The position numbers were made by a program, and so were the translations under genes. A stretch of 64,000 nt of DNA from Candidatus Latescibacterota bacterium (GTDB lineage Bacteria; Latescibacterota; UBA2968; UBA8231). Shown here piece after piece: positions 20,227-29,548 of this stretch. The stretch is taken from the NCBI GenBank assembly GCA_965243025.1, contig CBDETY010000003.1, forward strand, positions 3,104,001-3,168,000. Reading direction: 5' to 3'. The stretch's first letter is position 1; each line of letters begins with the position of its first letter. The notes beneath the pieces are model-generated. The model saw only the letters and a program-made list of their open reading frames with translations, did not search any database and was not told the DNA's origin.

Positions 20227-21144
20227 CTAGCGGAAAGGGGGTTTGCGCCACCATTCCGACGCGATCGTTGCACCCACAATAGGGCCAAAAAAGGCGCTGG
20301 AAAACAGTAATATGGCACTGCCTTCCCCCTTTTCAAAAAGGGTACCTATTGTATAAGGCACTCCTACTCCACCCAACAAACTGCCCGCAAATGTAATTAA
20401 AAAATTATCATGCGGATCAACTGCACTCACCCCAATCGGGGTTCCAACCACGTTGCCACCCCAAAAACCGAAAGTAGCAGGAACCACCCAGCCGAAATTA
20501 CTATCGTCTGTATTCAACATGATTTGTGCTCCTAATAGCCCCCCTACGGCACCCGCCAGCACTCCGGATCCCAACTTTTTTCCGAGGCGAAAATCGTCGC
20601 TTTTTTCTCTATTTTTTGCCTCTTCCCCTGGCATACTGAGCCGTTCTGTATTCTCTCCGCCTTCTCGTTTTTTTTGAAAGGCAGGGCGCGGGGGGATTCT
20701 ACCTGAAGGGCCGGGGACATGATCAGCCATTTCGGCATGCACCCCGTCCGAATTCATTTTATCAAAGAGGCCTCCCATCGGGAAAGGAGTTTTTTTCTCC
20801 GGCAAAATCCCGGTCCAGTAGACATTTTTTTGATAGTGCCATAAGGGTGGTTTCATCTTCATCCAGTTGTACAACTTGACCTTCGAATTCCCGCTTTCAG
20901 GTCTGGAACAAGATATCCCGCTTTGATTGAAGCTGACCCTCGCAAGAGCCCGGCCGATGTACGCGGAATGGATGGCGTTGCGCCCGGTCCCCACCCTCCA
21001 ATCCGCCCAAGCATTCCAGTTTACCTGCTGGCGGTTATACACCCCCGGAAACCACCTCCCTATCGAAAACTCCTCCTGAGCTTCCACCGGCTCACCAAGA
21101 GCCAGAAGCACCGGAACCAAGGGATACGATCGTTGAAACCTCAT
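20227..21144 (-). CDS. Hypothetical, AT-richer ORF with a Gly-rich membrane C-terminus (possibly chimeric or degraded)
   Basis: 305-aa ORF. C-terminal GxxxG-rich hydrophobic helices. Codon usage differs from neighbours. Confidence 0.4.
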   Translation of the reverse strand: MRFQRSYPLVPVLLALGEPVEAQEEFSIGRWFPGVYNRQQVNWNAWADWRVGTGRNAIHSAYIGRALARVSFNQSGISCSRPESGNSKVKLYNWMKMKPPLWHYQKNVYWTGILPEKKTPFPMGGLFDKMNSDGVHAEMADHVPGPSGRIPPRPAFQKKREGGENTERLSMPGEEAKNREKSDDFRLGKKLGSGVLAGAVGGLLGAQIMLNTDDSNFGWVVPATFGFWGGNVVGTPIGVSAVDPHDNFLITFAGSLLGGVGVPYTIGTLFEKGEGSAILLFSSAFFGPIVGATIASEWWRKPPFR

Positions 21145-21769
21145 TGGGATTAATCCTCCCCAAAAAAGACGGACCGCACAGCTTGTACCTCATTTTATTG
21201 CAGGAGGGTCATTTCCTGAGTGAGTGCTTTCTCTCCGGCGGTGATTCGTTAGAGATAGACGGCGGCGGCGGCGGGCAGTCCCTGGTCGTCTCGTCCCTCC
21301 CCCCGTTCTGTTGGTGCAACCACCTCTCAATGGAAAATCTTCCTGTTCGCTCCACTCAAGGATGCCGGAGTTGTCGCCCGACTCCACGGTGAAGTTCGCT
21401 GGGGCCTCGGGTAGAGTAGGGGCATTGGCAGAGAGCTTCTCAAGGAAACCTGGTTCATTCGGAATGCCTTTTCGCATTACCCCAAGTACGGGGAAAAAAT
21501 GGAGGTTTGCACAGGTGTCCTCTCCCCGTCAGAATGGCTCACCTGATTACCCTGGAGCACCGCATTGACTGCCCATATTTCGTTTATGAAAACCGGAACA
21601 TCGATGGACCAGAGGATCCGGCCACTTAATTCCAAGCCGTACCCAGGGAGAAATACATTTGATACTCCAATGCTTGGATAATCGAATTCATACTTGGGAG
21701 CAGGGGCAGTCCATTGCGCATCACCCTTGGATGCTGATTATGCTTGGTGTCGAATTCGGGCAACGGGGC

Positions 21770-23329
21770 TCAGTCGCCGAAGCGGTAGCTGTAGAGGACT
21801 GCGTGGCTGTAGCGGATGCACACCACGACCTCCTCGCCGACCAGCCCGGCGGCGTTGTCGCGGTGCTTCCAGCGCACCGGGGCGGCGACCGAGTTCTCCA
21901 TGACCGACACGCAGTCCTCGTACCGGTAGCCGTCGATCGGCGTCCAGTCCGGCCGCCGCAGCTCGACGACGCACTCCCGCTCCGCCCACTCCTCGACGAC
22001 CTCTAGATTGACCGTCAGCTCGGGGCCTTCGACGCGCACCGGCCGGGTGATGATCCAGGCGGATGCATCCGTCCCGTCCGGCCCGCGCCCCCTGAGATTG
22101 CGGCTCGCCATGCCGACGAAGCCGTCGAGCCGCAGGTGGGCCCCGGCGATGCAGCGCACCCCGTCGGGGTGCCGCTCCTCGGTGCGGGAGCAGTCGTAGT
22201 AGATGTACATGCGGTCGCCGACGACGATGGGCTCGTTGTGCAGCGGCACGACGCTGCAGCGGTCGTGGGCGCCCGGGGCGCCGACCGGAATGAACGGCTG
22301 GTCGCGGAAGACCCGCTTCCAGGGGCCGCCGTCGCGGTGGGACAGCAGGTAGGTGCTCGACAGGCCGCCGGTGCGCAGGCTGCTGGCGAACAGGAAGGCG
22401 AGGTCCTGGTTGCCGTAGTTGAAGGGGATGAAGCTCTCGAACTGCATCAGCTCGCCGTGGCCGTCCAGCTCGTCCGGGGTCAGCACCACCTCGTTCGGGC
22501 TGGTGAACTCGACGAGGTCCTCGCTGTAGCTCAGCCCGAGGAAGCGGGTGTACCCGGTCCCGGGGATCGGCTCGCTCAGCGGCCGGTCGAACAGCATCCA
22601 GCGCCGGTTGCGGTGGTCGCGCATCAGGATCATGCGGTCCCCCCCCTCGCACCCCTTGAAGCGCTCCAGCGGCTGGTTCCAGTGGATGCCGTCCGGGCTG
22701 CAGGTGATGTACTTGGCCCGGTGCGCCCAGAACCGCTCCATGTCCTCCTCGGGGCGTTCGAGCAGGTGCACGCGGTTGTCCCAGACGTGGGAGGTCTCCC
22801 AGTGGGCGATCATCTTGTAGCGGCGCTCCGGGTCCTCCTCGGCCTCGTCGCGGATGATGGTGTGGCCGTCCCAGTTGGTGACGCAGCCGGCGAACTGCCG
22901 CGACGCCGCCTCCCCGGTGAGGAAGATGTTGTTTTCCCGGGAGCCGCGGTGCTCGTAGAGGCCGAGGTTGGGCTTCTCCCAGGTGAGGCCGTCGGTCGAC
23001 TCTGCGTACATGCCGAGGGAGTGGTGGGTGATCGGGCACTCCCCCGGCATTCCCTGCGGGAAGAAGCCGTACTCCGTGCCGCGGCCCCAGACGCCGGCGC
23101 GGCCCATGTCGTGCCCCTTGGTCAGGTACGACAGGTACCAAAGGCGCAGGCGGCCGTCCTCCTCGCGGATGGCGTTGCCCCAGGCGGCGACGCCGCGGCC
23201 TGGCTCGCCGCTGGTGATCAGGGGACCGGGCAGCTTGGTCGGCTGGTTGAGGACGCGCCAGGTGCCGAAGGTCTGGTGGATTTCCTCGTCGTCGACGAAC
23301 AGGTGCTTCCCCATGTCGTGCGTGGTCAC
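21770..23329 (-). CDS. GH32/GH-J-like beta-propeller hydrolase (paralog 2)
   Basis: HLFVDD, YAESTDGLTWEKPNLG, RLDGFV and LYSYRF motifs. GTG at 23329 after AAAGGTG. Confidence 0.7.
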   Translation of the reverse strand: MTTHDMGKHLFVDDEEIHQTFGTWRVLNQPTKLPGPLITSGEPGRGVAAWGNAIREEDGRLRLWYLSYLTKGHDMGRAGVWGRGTEYGFFPQGMPGECPITHHSLGMYAESTDGLTWEKPNLGLYEHRGSRENNIFLTGEAASRQFAGCVTNWDGHTIIRDEAEEDPERRYKMIAHWETSHVWDNRVHLLERPEEDMERFWAHRAKYITCSPDGIHWNQPLERFKGCEGGDRMILMRDHRNRRWMLFDRPLSEPIPGTGYTRFLGLSYSEDLVEFTSPNEVVLTPDELDGHGELMQFESFIPFNYGNQDLAFLFASSLRTGGLSSTYLLSHRDGGPWKRVFRDQPFIPVGAPGAHDRCSVVPLHNEPIVVGDRMYIYYDCSRTEERHPDGVRCIAGAHLRLDGFVGMASRNLRGRGPDGTDASAWIITRPVRVEGPELTVNLEVVEEWAERECVVELRRPDWTPIDGYRYEDCVSVMENSVAAPVRWKHRDNAAGLVGEEVVVCIRYSHAVLYSYRFGD

Positions 23330-23447
23330 GTCACACCTTTCGCCCAGCGCTTCTTCCCGGCCTCGTCGCGGCTGTCCTCGCGGATGCGGTCGAGGATGGC
23401 GCGGGCGCGCGCCCTTCCCGGGAGATCGAGGTTCATCTGTGCTTCCA

Positions 23448-23834
23448 CTACGCCGCCTGGATGTCCGTGCGTGCGAAGTCCTCACCCTTGAACAGGAGCG
23501 GCTCCCCGGTCGTGCGCGCCAGGGCGTAGGCGAAACAGTCGCCGAGGTTGAGGCCCGCCGGATGGTTGCCCTTACCGAAGCGCCGCCAGGCGCGTCTCGC
23601 CTCCTGGGCATGCTCGGGCATGACCGGTTCCGGGTCGATCCCCGCCTTGTCCAGGAAGGCGTCGCACTCCTGCCCGGCCGCGGTGCCGCCGCGGCTCTCC
23701 ACGACGATGAACACCTCCAGCAGATTGACCACCGACATGCGGCAGTTCGGCGCCCCTGCGATCACCTTCTCGCAGCGCTCCGCATCCTCCTCGCGGAACA
23801 GAACGGCCAGCAGGGCCGAGCTGTCGACGATCAC
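23448..23834 (-). CDS. vapC: Type II TA toxin VapC (PIN domain)
   Basis: MIVDSSALLA...E...LNLGDCFAYALA...LLFKGEDF. Confidence 0.95.
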   Translation of the reverse strand: MIVDSSALLAVLFREEDAERCEKVIAGAPNCRMSVVNLLEVFIVVESRGGTAAGQECDAFLDKAGIDPEPVMPEHAQEARRAWRRFGKGNHPAGLNLGDCFAYALARTTGEPLLFKGEDFARTDIQAA

Positions 23835-24088
23835 TTGGGCAGTCCGCGTTCGTCGTAGAGCAGATCGCCGTGCTCAACCGCGGAGGGGCCCGGGCCCAGC
23901 AGCCGGGCACAGCGCTCGGCGATTTCCCGCAACTCCCTGGCGCGGGTCTCGACGCTGCGTTCGCGCCTCTCCCGTTCGAGACGTTCCCGCAACGCCACGG
24001 TGATCGCCCGGGTCTTGGTCTCGCCGGTCAGTCGGGCGAGCTCCCCGGCCAGCCGGCAGGTCTCGTCGTTCTTGATGTTCAGGCTCAT
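23831..24088 (-). CDS. vapB: Type II TA antitoxin VapB
   Basis: MSLNIKNDET...LARLTGETKT.AI...LLYDERGLPK. 4-nt overlap with vapC. Confidence 0.93.
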   Translation of the reverse strand: MSLNIKNDETCRLAGELARLTGETKTRAITVALRERLERERRERSVETRARELREIAERCARLLGPGPSAVEHGDLLYDERGLPK

Positions 24089-24097
24089 TTCCGCTTC

Positions 24098-24136
24098 CAG
24101 GGTAGAATAGAGGTGTCGAGTTCTACCCTGATTCTA
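24098..24136 (-). promoter_or_regulatory. vapBC promoter/operator: perfect 10-bp inverted repeat plus -10 TAGAAT
   Basis: CAGGGTAGAA-N13-TTCTACCCTG at 24098-24130. TAGAAT on the minus strand at 24131-24136. Confidence 0.65.
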
Positions 24137-24149
24137 AGCGGCGCCGCCA

Positions 24150-25349
24150 TCAGGCGCCACATCCGTTTTCCTTGGCCTCCTGCCGCCTGCCCGCCAGGGG
24201 ATGCATGACCCCGGCGCCGGCAGGCCACACCCCCGGCTCGGCCTTCAGGCGGCGGCAGATGCGCTGACCGTGGGGGGACAGAGTCTCCCAGATTTCATGG
24301 GGCATCGTCTTGCGGAACTCCCTGAGCCCGCCGATCCACGCCGGGGCGTATTCGACGTTGGGCATGGCGCGGACTTCGCGGCTGAGGTTGGGGGTGCCGC
24401 CGTGCCAGGCCCGGTGGTCGCGGAACACGCCGGCCCCGGCAGGAGCCCCGACCAGCGTCGAGAGGCGCATCCACTCCGGTTCCTCTTCCGGAGGAGGCGG
24501 ATCGAAAGCGGACGACTGGGTCGCCGGAATATGCCTGACGGGACCGTTCTCCCAAGTCATGTCCGTCATCAGGAAGTTGATTATCACCAGCTGCGGAGTC
24601 AGCTCGATTACCCTGCGCCGGGTCTGTTCGTCGAGGCCGCCCGAGGCGCCGTCGCGGGACAGCTCGACGCCGAGCGACTCCGCCTGCCTGAGGCGGGAAG
24701 CCGGCATCTCGTGCGACTCCCTGCCGTCGGCGTGGAGGTGCTGGTACTCGATGGCTCCCGGAAGGCACAGGTCCCCTCCTGAGCCCACGCAGATATATCC
24801 CGGCGATCCGAAGATTTCGCTCAGTATGGGGGTCGTCGCCGGCAGGTCGACCATCGAGGCCCACACCGGATCGTGCAGCAGTTGCCGGGAAGCGGAAGAG
24901 GAGCCGTAGCTGTAGCGGTGGGGCAGGCGGCCGGTCTCGTTGACGTACTTGCGGCCCCCGCTGCCGGGGATATCGAGGATATGGCGGAGAACGCGGGCGC
25001 AGCCGGCGCGCCAGCGGCTCAGCGCCTCCGCGTCGAGGAGGTCGCCAACGACGACGAACCCGTCGCGCCGGAAGATGCGGGCGGCGCGTTCGACTTCGGA
25101 GGGCTCGCAGATCTCGAGACCGCGCATGCCGTTGTGCTGTCGAAGGTGGTCCCGCAGCGCCGCCACCTCCGGGTCGTCATGGATTCGGCGTGCGGGAGAG
25201 CGCGGGTCGGAATGTCCGGGGCGCCGCTCCTCCGGAGCCAGGAAGCGGCCCTCCTCGTCGACGAACTCGTTCGGAAGCGTCCGGCCGCACCAGCCCACCG
25301 GGCTGTCTCCGTGTACGGTCAGGGCGTCGAGGTCCGCAGTCCGCCTCAT
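24150..25349 (-). CDS. PhyH-family dioxygenase (long variant)
   Basis: FRRDGFVVV, QHLHAD, ENGPVRHIP and WHGGTPN...R motifs. Confidence 0.82.
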   Translation of the reverse strand: MRRTADLDALTVHGDSPVGWCGRTLPNEFVDEEGRFLAPEERRPGHSDPRSPARRIHDDPEVAALRDHLRQHNGMRGLEICEPSEVERAARIFRRDGFVVVGDLLDAEALSRWRAGCARVLRHILDIPGSGGRKYVNETGRLPHRYSYGSSSASRQLLHDPVWASMVDLPATTPILSEIFGSPGYICVGSGGDLCLPGAIEYQHLHADGRESHEMPASRLRQAESLGVELSRDGASGGLDEQTRRRVIELTPQLVIINFLMTDMTWENGPVRHIPATQSSAFDPPPPEEEPEWMRLSTLVGAPAGAGVFRDHRAWHGGTPNLSREVRAMPNVEYAPAWIGGLREFRKTMPHEIWETLSPHGQRICRRLKAEPGVWPAGAGVMHPLAGRRQEAKENGCGA

Positions 25350-25525
25350 GGCGTTACCGCCCCAGGTTCATTTGGCGAAAAACCTGGTGCCCGAGCGCGT
25401 AGTTCGCGTGAATCCGGCCGCGGGCTCACCACGGCACGCGGGGTTGCCTTCCCTCGCCGTGCACCTCCGGTACGACTCGCGCAGGCACTTGCGAATTCCA
25501 CCGGCTCCATGCTCGAAGCGGCCGC

Positions 25526-26683
25526 CTACGCCCGGTCCAGCGTCCACCGGGTAGCCGCCACGTGAGTCACGCTGTCGCCGAGGGTCATGTAGTACACGGT
25601 GAACAGCGACCCGTCCGATAGCTCCACTGTCCGCGGATAACCCAGGTCGGCGGACGTCCCCTTCCCCGCCTCCCTCCCGCCGGTGGTGAGACCGTCGCCG
25701 CGCAGCACGATCCCGTCCGCCGGTTCCCATGTTTCGCAGCCGTCGCGGGACAGGCAGGCCCGCACCCCGTAGGGAGCCCTCCGGTACCCGTAGCTGCAGA
25801 GGACGTCGCCGCTGCTCAGCAGCAGCAGGTGCGGGGGATACCCCCACAATCCGGTATTTCTGATCTCGCTCCAGGTTCTGCCTCCGTCGTCCGAGTGCGT
25901 CTGGAACAGGTACTTCGCTTCATGGGGAATGCGTTTGCTGCCGCTTGCCGTGCGCACCATCGCCACGATGCGTCCGTTGGGCAGCGCCAGGAGGCTGCTC
26001 TCGTTGAACGGATGCTCGCCGCCGTCGTACGCCATCGTCACCATCTCCCAGGTGTCGCCGCCGTCTTCGGAGCGCAGCACCCAGGCCCGGAACGGATCCC
26101 CTGCCGCGAGGCTGCCGTACACCTGGTTCAGGATGGTATCGTCGGCGAGAACGCAGCCCTTCAGGTCGGTCCCGTTGCGGACCAGGGCGAAGAACGGCAG
26201 CTCTTCCCCGCTCCTGAGCAGGCGGTGTTCCCAGTCGCTATCTCCCGGCCGCTTCCGCGACATCCGCAGGCTGTGCTCCACGTGGATTCGTCCGGGGTAC
26301 TCCTCCACCGCGAACCCGCGCCGCGCGAACTCCTCCCTGCGCCCGGGCGGGTACGTGTTGACGGGCCTGGAGATCCTGACCTGGGTGCCGTCGCTCAGCA
26401 CCGCACTTCTCAGCGCCTCCGGGCATTCGCTGTAGCCGTCGTCCTTCCCCTCCTCGAACCAGCTGCCCCCGCCGTCCGGAGAGAACAGCTCCACGTGACC
26501 GGTCGCGCCCCCGGCCAGTCCGCCGGCATGGGAGTGCGCCGCCCCTTCGACGCCGCGCGCCAGCGGCGTGTGGGAGTTCCAGTTGAAACCGACCCAGAGC
26601 TCGTCGCCGTCTCCCTTTGCCACGGTCGGGAAGCTGGAATACCGGGCCTCGTTCCAATACAACACGGAATGGTTCATAGTCAT
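25526..26683 (-). CDS. Sialidase/BNR family protein
   Basis: Asp boxes SEDGGDTW, SDDGGRTW and SRDGCETW. GYP and DLGYP motifs. Confidence 0.8.
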   Translation of the reverse strand: MTMNHSVLYWNEARYSSFPTVAKGDGDELWVGFNWNSHTPLARGVEGAAHSHAGGLAGGATGHVELFSPDGGGSWFEEGKDDGYSECPEALRSAVLSDGTQVRISRPVNTYPPGRREEFARRGFAVEEYPGRIHVEHSLRMSRKRPGDSDWEHRLLRSGEELPFFALVRNGTDLKGCVLADDTILNQVYGSLAAGDPFRAWVLRSEDGGDTWEMVTMAYDGGEHPFNESSLLALPNGRIVAMVRTASGSKRIPHEAKYLFQTHSDDGGRTWSEIRNTGLWGYPPHLLLLSSGDVLCSYGYRRAPYGVRACLSRDGCETWEPADGIVLRGDGLTTGGREAGKGTSADLGYPRTVELSDGSLFTVYYMTLGDSVTHVAATRWTLDRA

Positions 26684-26780
26684 ACGGATTCACCTGTCAT
26701 AGATTCGACCCGATTCAAAACCGTGCAATGATAGAAAAACCGCGGGCGCGCGCGAAACGCCGGCCCGCAGCGAGGGAACC

Positions 26781-28361
26781 ATGCAGCCGACAGATATCGG
26801 ATCGAGCAAGCAGCTGTTCATCGACGACCGCTTCATCGCCACCAGCAACGGAGTGGAGCTGGCGATGAATCCACCCTACCAGGCCCCGGAGCCGGTGGTA
26901 ACCGTCGACGCCCCCTGGGAAGACCCGACCGACACGAGTTTCGGCATCTACAGCAGCGTGCTGGGGGAAGCCGACGGCCGCGTCCGGATGTGGTATCACG
27001 TGCGCAGGGCAAAGGAGGATTCCGAGCTCAGCCTCGACCAGGCCTACGTCGGCTATGCCGAATCGACGGACGGCATCCACTTCGACAAGCCGGAGCTGAA
27101 CCTCATCGAGGAGGGCGGCTCGACCGCCAACAACATCGTCATCCCGAGCAAGCTCGGCGGCAGCTCGGTCTGGATAGACCCCAATGCCCCGGCCGAAGAG
27201 CGCTACAAGAACCAGTGTAAGGTCTACAATCCGGAAGTGGCGATGCAGTTCCACATGCACGGCTCGCCGGACGGCATTCACTGGAAGTTCCTTCGCCGCC
27301 TGCAGCTCCCGCACCGGGGCGGCTGGGACACGCAGAGCGTCATTTTCTGGGATCCGGCCATCGGGCGCTACGTCCTCTACACCCGACGCTGGGTCGCCAG
27401 ACGCCACACCACCGCCCAGGGAAACGAGAACTACCGGACGGTCAGACGGCTCGAGTCCGACAATCTCGTCGACTGGGACAACCAGAGGATCGTCATGTGG
27501 CCGGACGAGGAAGACCTGGCGACCTACGATACCGGCGCCCCGCTGGACCCCGCGGCGCCGGAAAAACCGTACGGCAGGACGCCGATGGACTACTACGGCG
27601 CGGGCGTGTTCAAGTACCCCGACCCCGACGGCGTGTACGTCATGTTCGCCAGCGCCAACTGGTACTGGTTCAACCGCGAGCCGGTGGTGACCACGGTCCG
27701 CGACGACATGGACGTCCTGCGCACCGAGACGCAGCAGATCTACGGGCCCAGCCGCTTCGACGTGCGCCTGTCGGTGAGCCGCGACGGGGTGAACTTCCAG
27801 CGCTGCGGCGGACGCCGGCCCTTCCTGAGCCCGGGGCCGGAAGGCAGCTTCTCCTCGCGCATGGTCTGGGGCATGCCGCATCCGGTGCGGATGGGGGACG
27901 AACTCTGGATCTACTACAGCGGCACCAACCGCGACCACGACGGCCTCATCGACCCGGCGGGCGACCGCCTCCTTTCCGGCATCGGCCGCGCCGTTATTCG
28001 CCTGGACGGGTTCGTGTCGGCGGATGCCGGCTACGGCGGCGGCGAAATCGTCACGCCGGTTGTCCGCTTCGAGGGGAAGCGCCTGGAGCTCAACCTCGAC
28101 ACCGGGGGCGGCGGCGCCGTGCGCGTGGAGCTTCAGGACGCGGAGGGCCGGCCTCTCGGCGGCTACACCGAGGCGGATGCCTCCTGGATCTGCGGCAACT
28201 CGGTGCGCCTGCCGGTGCATTGGGGGAAGAGCGGGGATGTCGGCGCGTTGGCCGGCAAACCGGTCCGGATCCGCTTCGTCATGCGCGACTGCAAGCTGTA
28301 CGCCTTCCAGTTCGTCGACTCGCCTGGCGGTACGGCTATTCGAACTCCAGCGAAGCCTTGA
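26781..28361 (+). CDS. GH32/GH-J-like beta-propeller hydrolase (paralog 3)
   Basis: KQLFIDD, YAESTDGIHFDKP, RLDGFVS and KLYAFQF motifs. The last 26 nt overlap the convergent gene. Confidence 0.72.
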   Translation: MQPTDIGSSKQLFIDDRFIATSNGVELAMNPPYQAPEPVVTVDAPWEDPTDTSFGIYSSVLGEADGRVRMWYHVRRAKEDSELSLDQAYVGYAESTDGIHFDKPELNLIEEGGSTANNIVIPSKLGGSSVWIDPNAPAEERYKNQCKVYNPEVAMQFHMHGSPDGIHWKFLRRLQLPHRGGWDTQSVIFWDPAIGRYVLYTRRWVARRHTTAQGNENYRTVRRLESDNLVDWDNQRIVMWPDEEDLATYDTGAPLDPAAPEKPYGRTPMDYYGAGVFKYPDPDGVYVMFASANWYWFNREPVVTTVRDDMDVLRTETQQIYGPSRFDVRLSVSRDGVNFQRCGGRRPFLSPGPEGSFSSRMVWGMPHPVRMGDELWIYYSGTNRDHDGLIDPAGDRLLSGIGRAVIRLDGFVSADAGYGGGEIVTPVVRFEGKRLELNLDTGGGGAVRVELQDAEGRPLGGYTEADASWICGNSVRLPVHWGKSGDVGALAGKPVRIRFVMRDCKLYAFQFVDSPGGTAIRTPAKP

Positions 28362-29548
28362 TCCGCCCCCAGGATACCGACTCGACCGCGCTGTCTTCCA
28401 CCGGTCCGGCCGCGGTGGCCGGCAGCAGCAGCCCGTCCAGGTAGACATCCGCCCGGTAATGGGACAGTATGTCCAGTTCCGGGTCTTCAGTCTGGACTGC
28501 TTCAGGCGTCAAGGTGCCCCAGCTGTATTCGTCATCTTTTTCGACCACGAGGATCGCAAAGCCGATGACCTCTCCTGCGGTCAGATCGCTGACCACGACG
28601 TCTTCAGGCCGACTGTCGATTCCCTGCCAACCGTCGTATGGAGTGACGTACAGCTCGATTACCCTGATGATCGGGTTTCCCCAGACGACGTCACCGCCTG
28701 CGTCTCCGTAGGGAGGAAAGAACATCCAGGAATCATACCTGTTGGTTACCGTGTACCCGCCACTCAAGCCGGACCAGACATGGCCGTACAACGCAGTGCG
28801 GCCGTCGGCCGTACGGGCAATTGCCGCGTATTGCTGCGCGTTCCCCCAAAAATCCCCTGCTTCCCAGGATTCCAAACCACTCCCCCCGCCGCTGTGATCT
28901 CCGTCGATAGCCAGGACAAGTTCGGGGGGGCCCAAATAGTATTCAGTAGCTTCATCATATATAATGTGTGCGTCGTCGCTGGCCGTGAACGCGACATAGA
29001 GCCGGGCCGGCTCATCGTGCCAGGCCAGCCAGATGCGGAAGTCCAGGTCAGAAGGGTCGGGTATATGGCCGTACCATCTGAAATCCACCAGTGACATGGT
29101 GGGTTCGTCCACGAGATCGAACCACTCGGCCACCGAACCGTCGTCGAGCTGGATCTGTTCCAGCATCTCGTCGGTCAGCTCGGCGATCGGGAAGACTCGA
29201 TAGCCGCCGTGGGCGCCTGCCCGGGCAGACAGGCCGGCCGCCAGGGCCGACCCGACGACCAGGCCGAGGGCCATGCGCCACTGATTCCTCGTGCCGAAAA
29301 AGATCATCCGCCCTCCTCCTGGTTACCGCGTTACCGCCCGTCATGGGCGGGCTCGACAGGAGACCGCCTATCCCTGTCGGTTTATGGAAGGGGGTGGGCA
29401 CAGGTTACCCCTCGAGGGTTTGACGGGGGGGATGTCAGTACGGCTACTCCATCTCCAGGGAAGCCTTGATCCGCCCCCAGGAAACCGACTCGACCGCGCC
29501 GTTTTCCCCCGGTCCGGCCGGGTTGGCCGGCAGCAGCAGCCCATCGAG
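28330..29548. repeat. Direct repeat of about 110 nt (28330-28440 and 29438-29548) at the 3' ends of the two paralogs
   Basis: Shared gaagccttgatccgcccccagga.accgactcgaccgcg...ggccggcagcagcagccc. Identity extends 6 nt past the stop codon. Confidence 0.85.
28336..29307 (-). CDS. Secreted CBM9/DOMON-like beta-sandwich protein, paralog A, with C-terminal SWGRIKA motif
   Basis: Signal peptide ending ARAGA. LDDGSV.EW, WLAWH...LYVAF...DD, DGDHSGG and IGFAI motifs. RBS AGGAGG. Confidence 0.7.
   Translation of the reverse strand: MIFFGTRNQWRMALGLVVGSALAAGLSARAGAHGGYRVFPIAELTDEMLEQIQLDDGSVAEWFDLVDEPTMSLVDFRWYGHIPDPSDLDFRIWLAWHDEPARLYVAFTASDDAHIIYDEATEYYLGPPELVLAIDGDHSGGGSGLESWEAGDFWGNAQQYAAIARTADGRTALYGHVWSGLSGGYTVTNRYDSWMFFPPYGDAGGDVVWGNPIIRVIELYVTPYDGWQGIDSRPEDVVVSDLTAGEVIGFAILVVEKDDEYSWGTLTPEAVQTEDPELDILSHYRADVYLDGLLLPATAAGPVEDSAVESVSWGRIKASLEFE

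Noticed and set aside
21560-21720. Short inverted repeat (gactgccc/gggcagtc) suggesting a MITE
   Set aside because: Only about 8 bp is perfect, with no target-site duplication and no second copy in the window.
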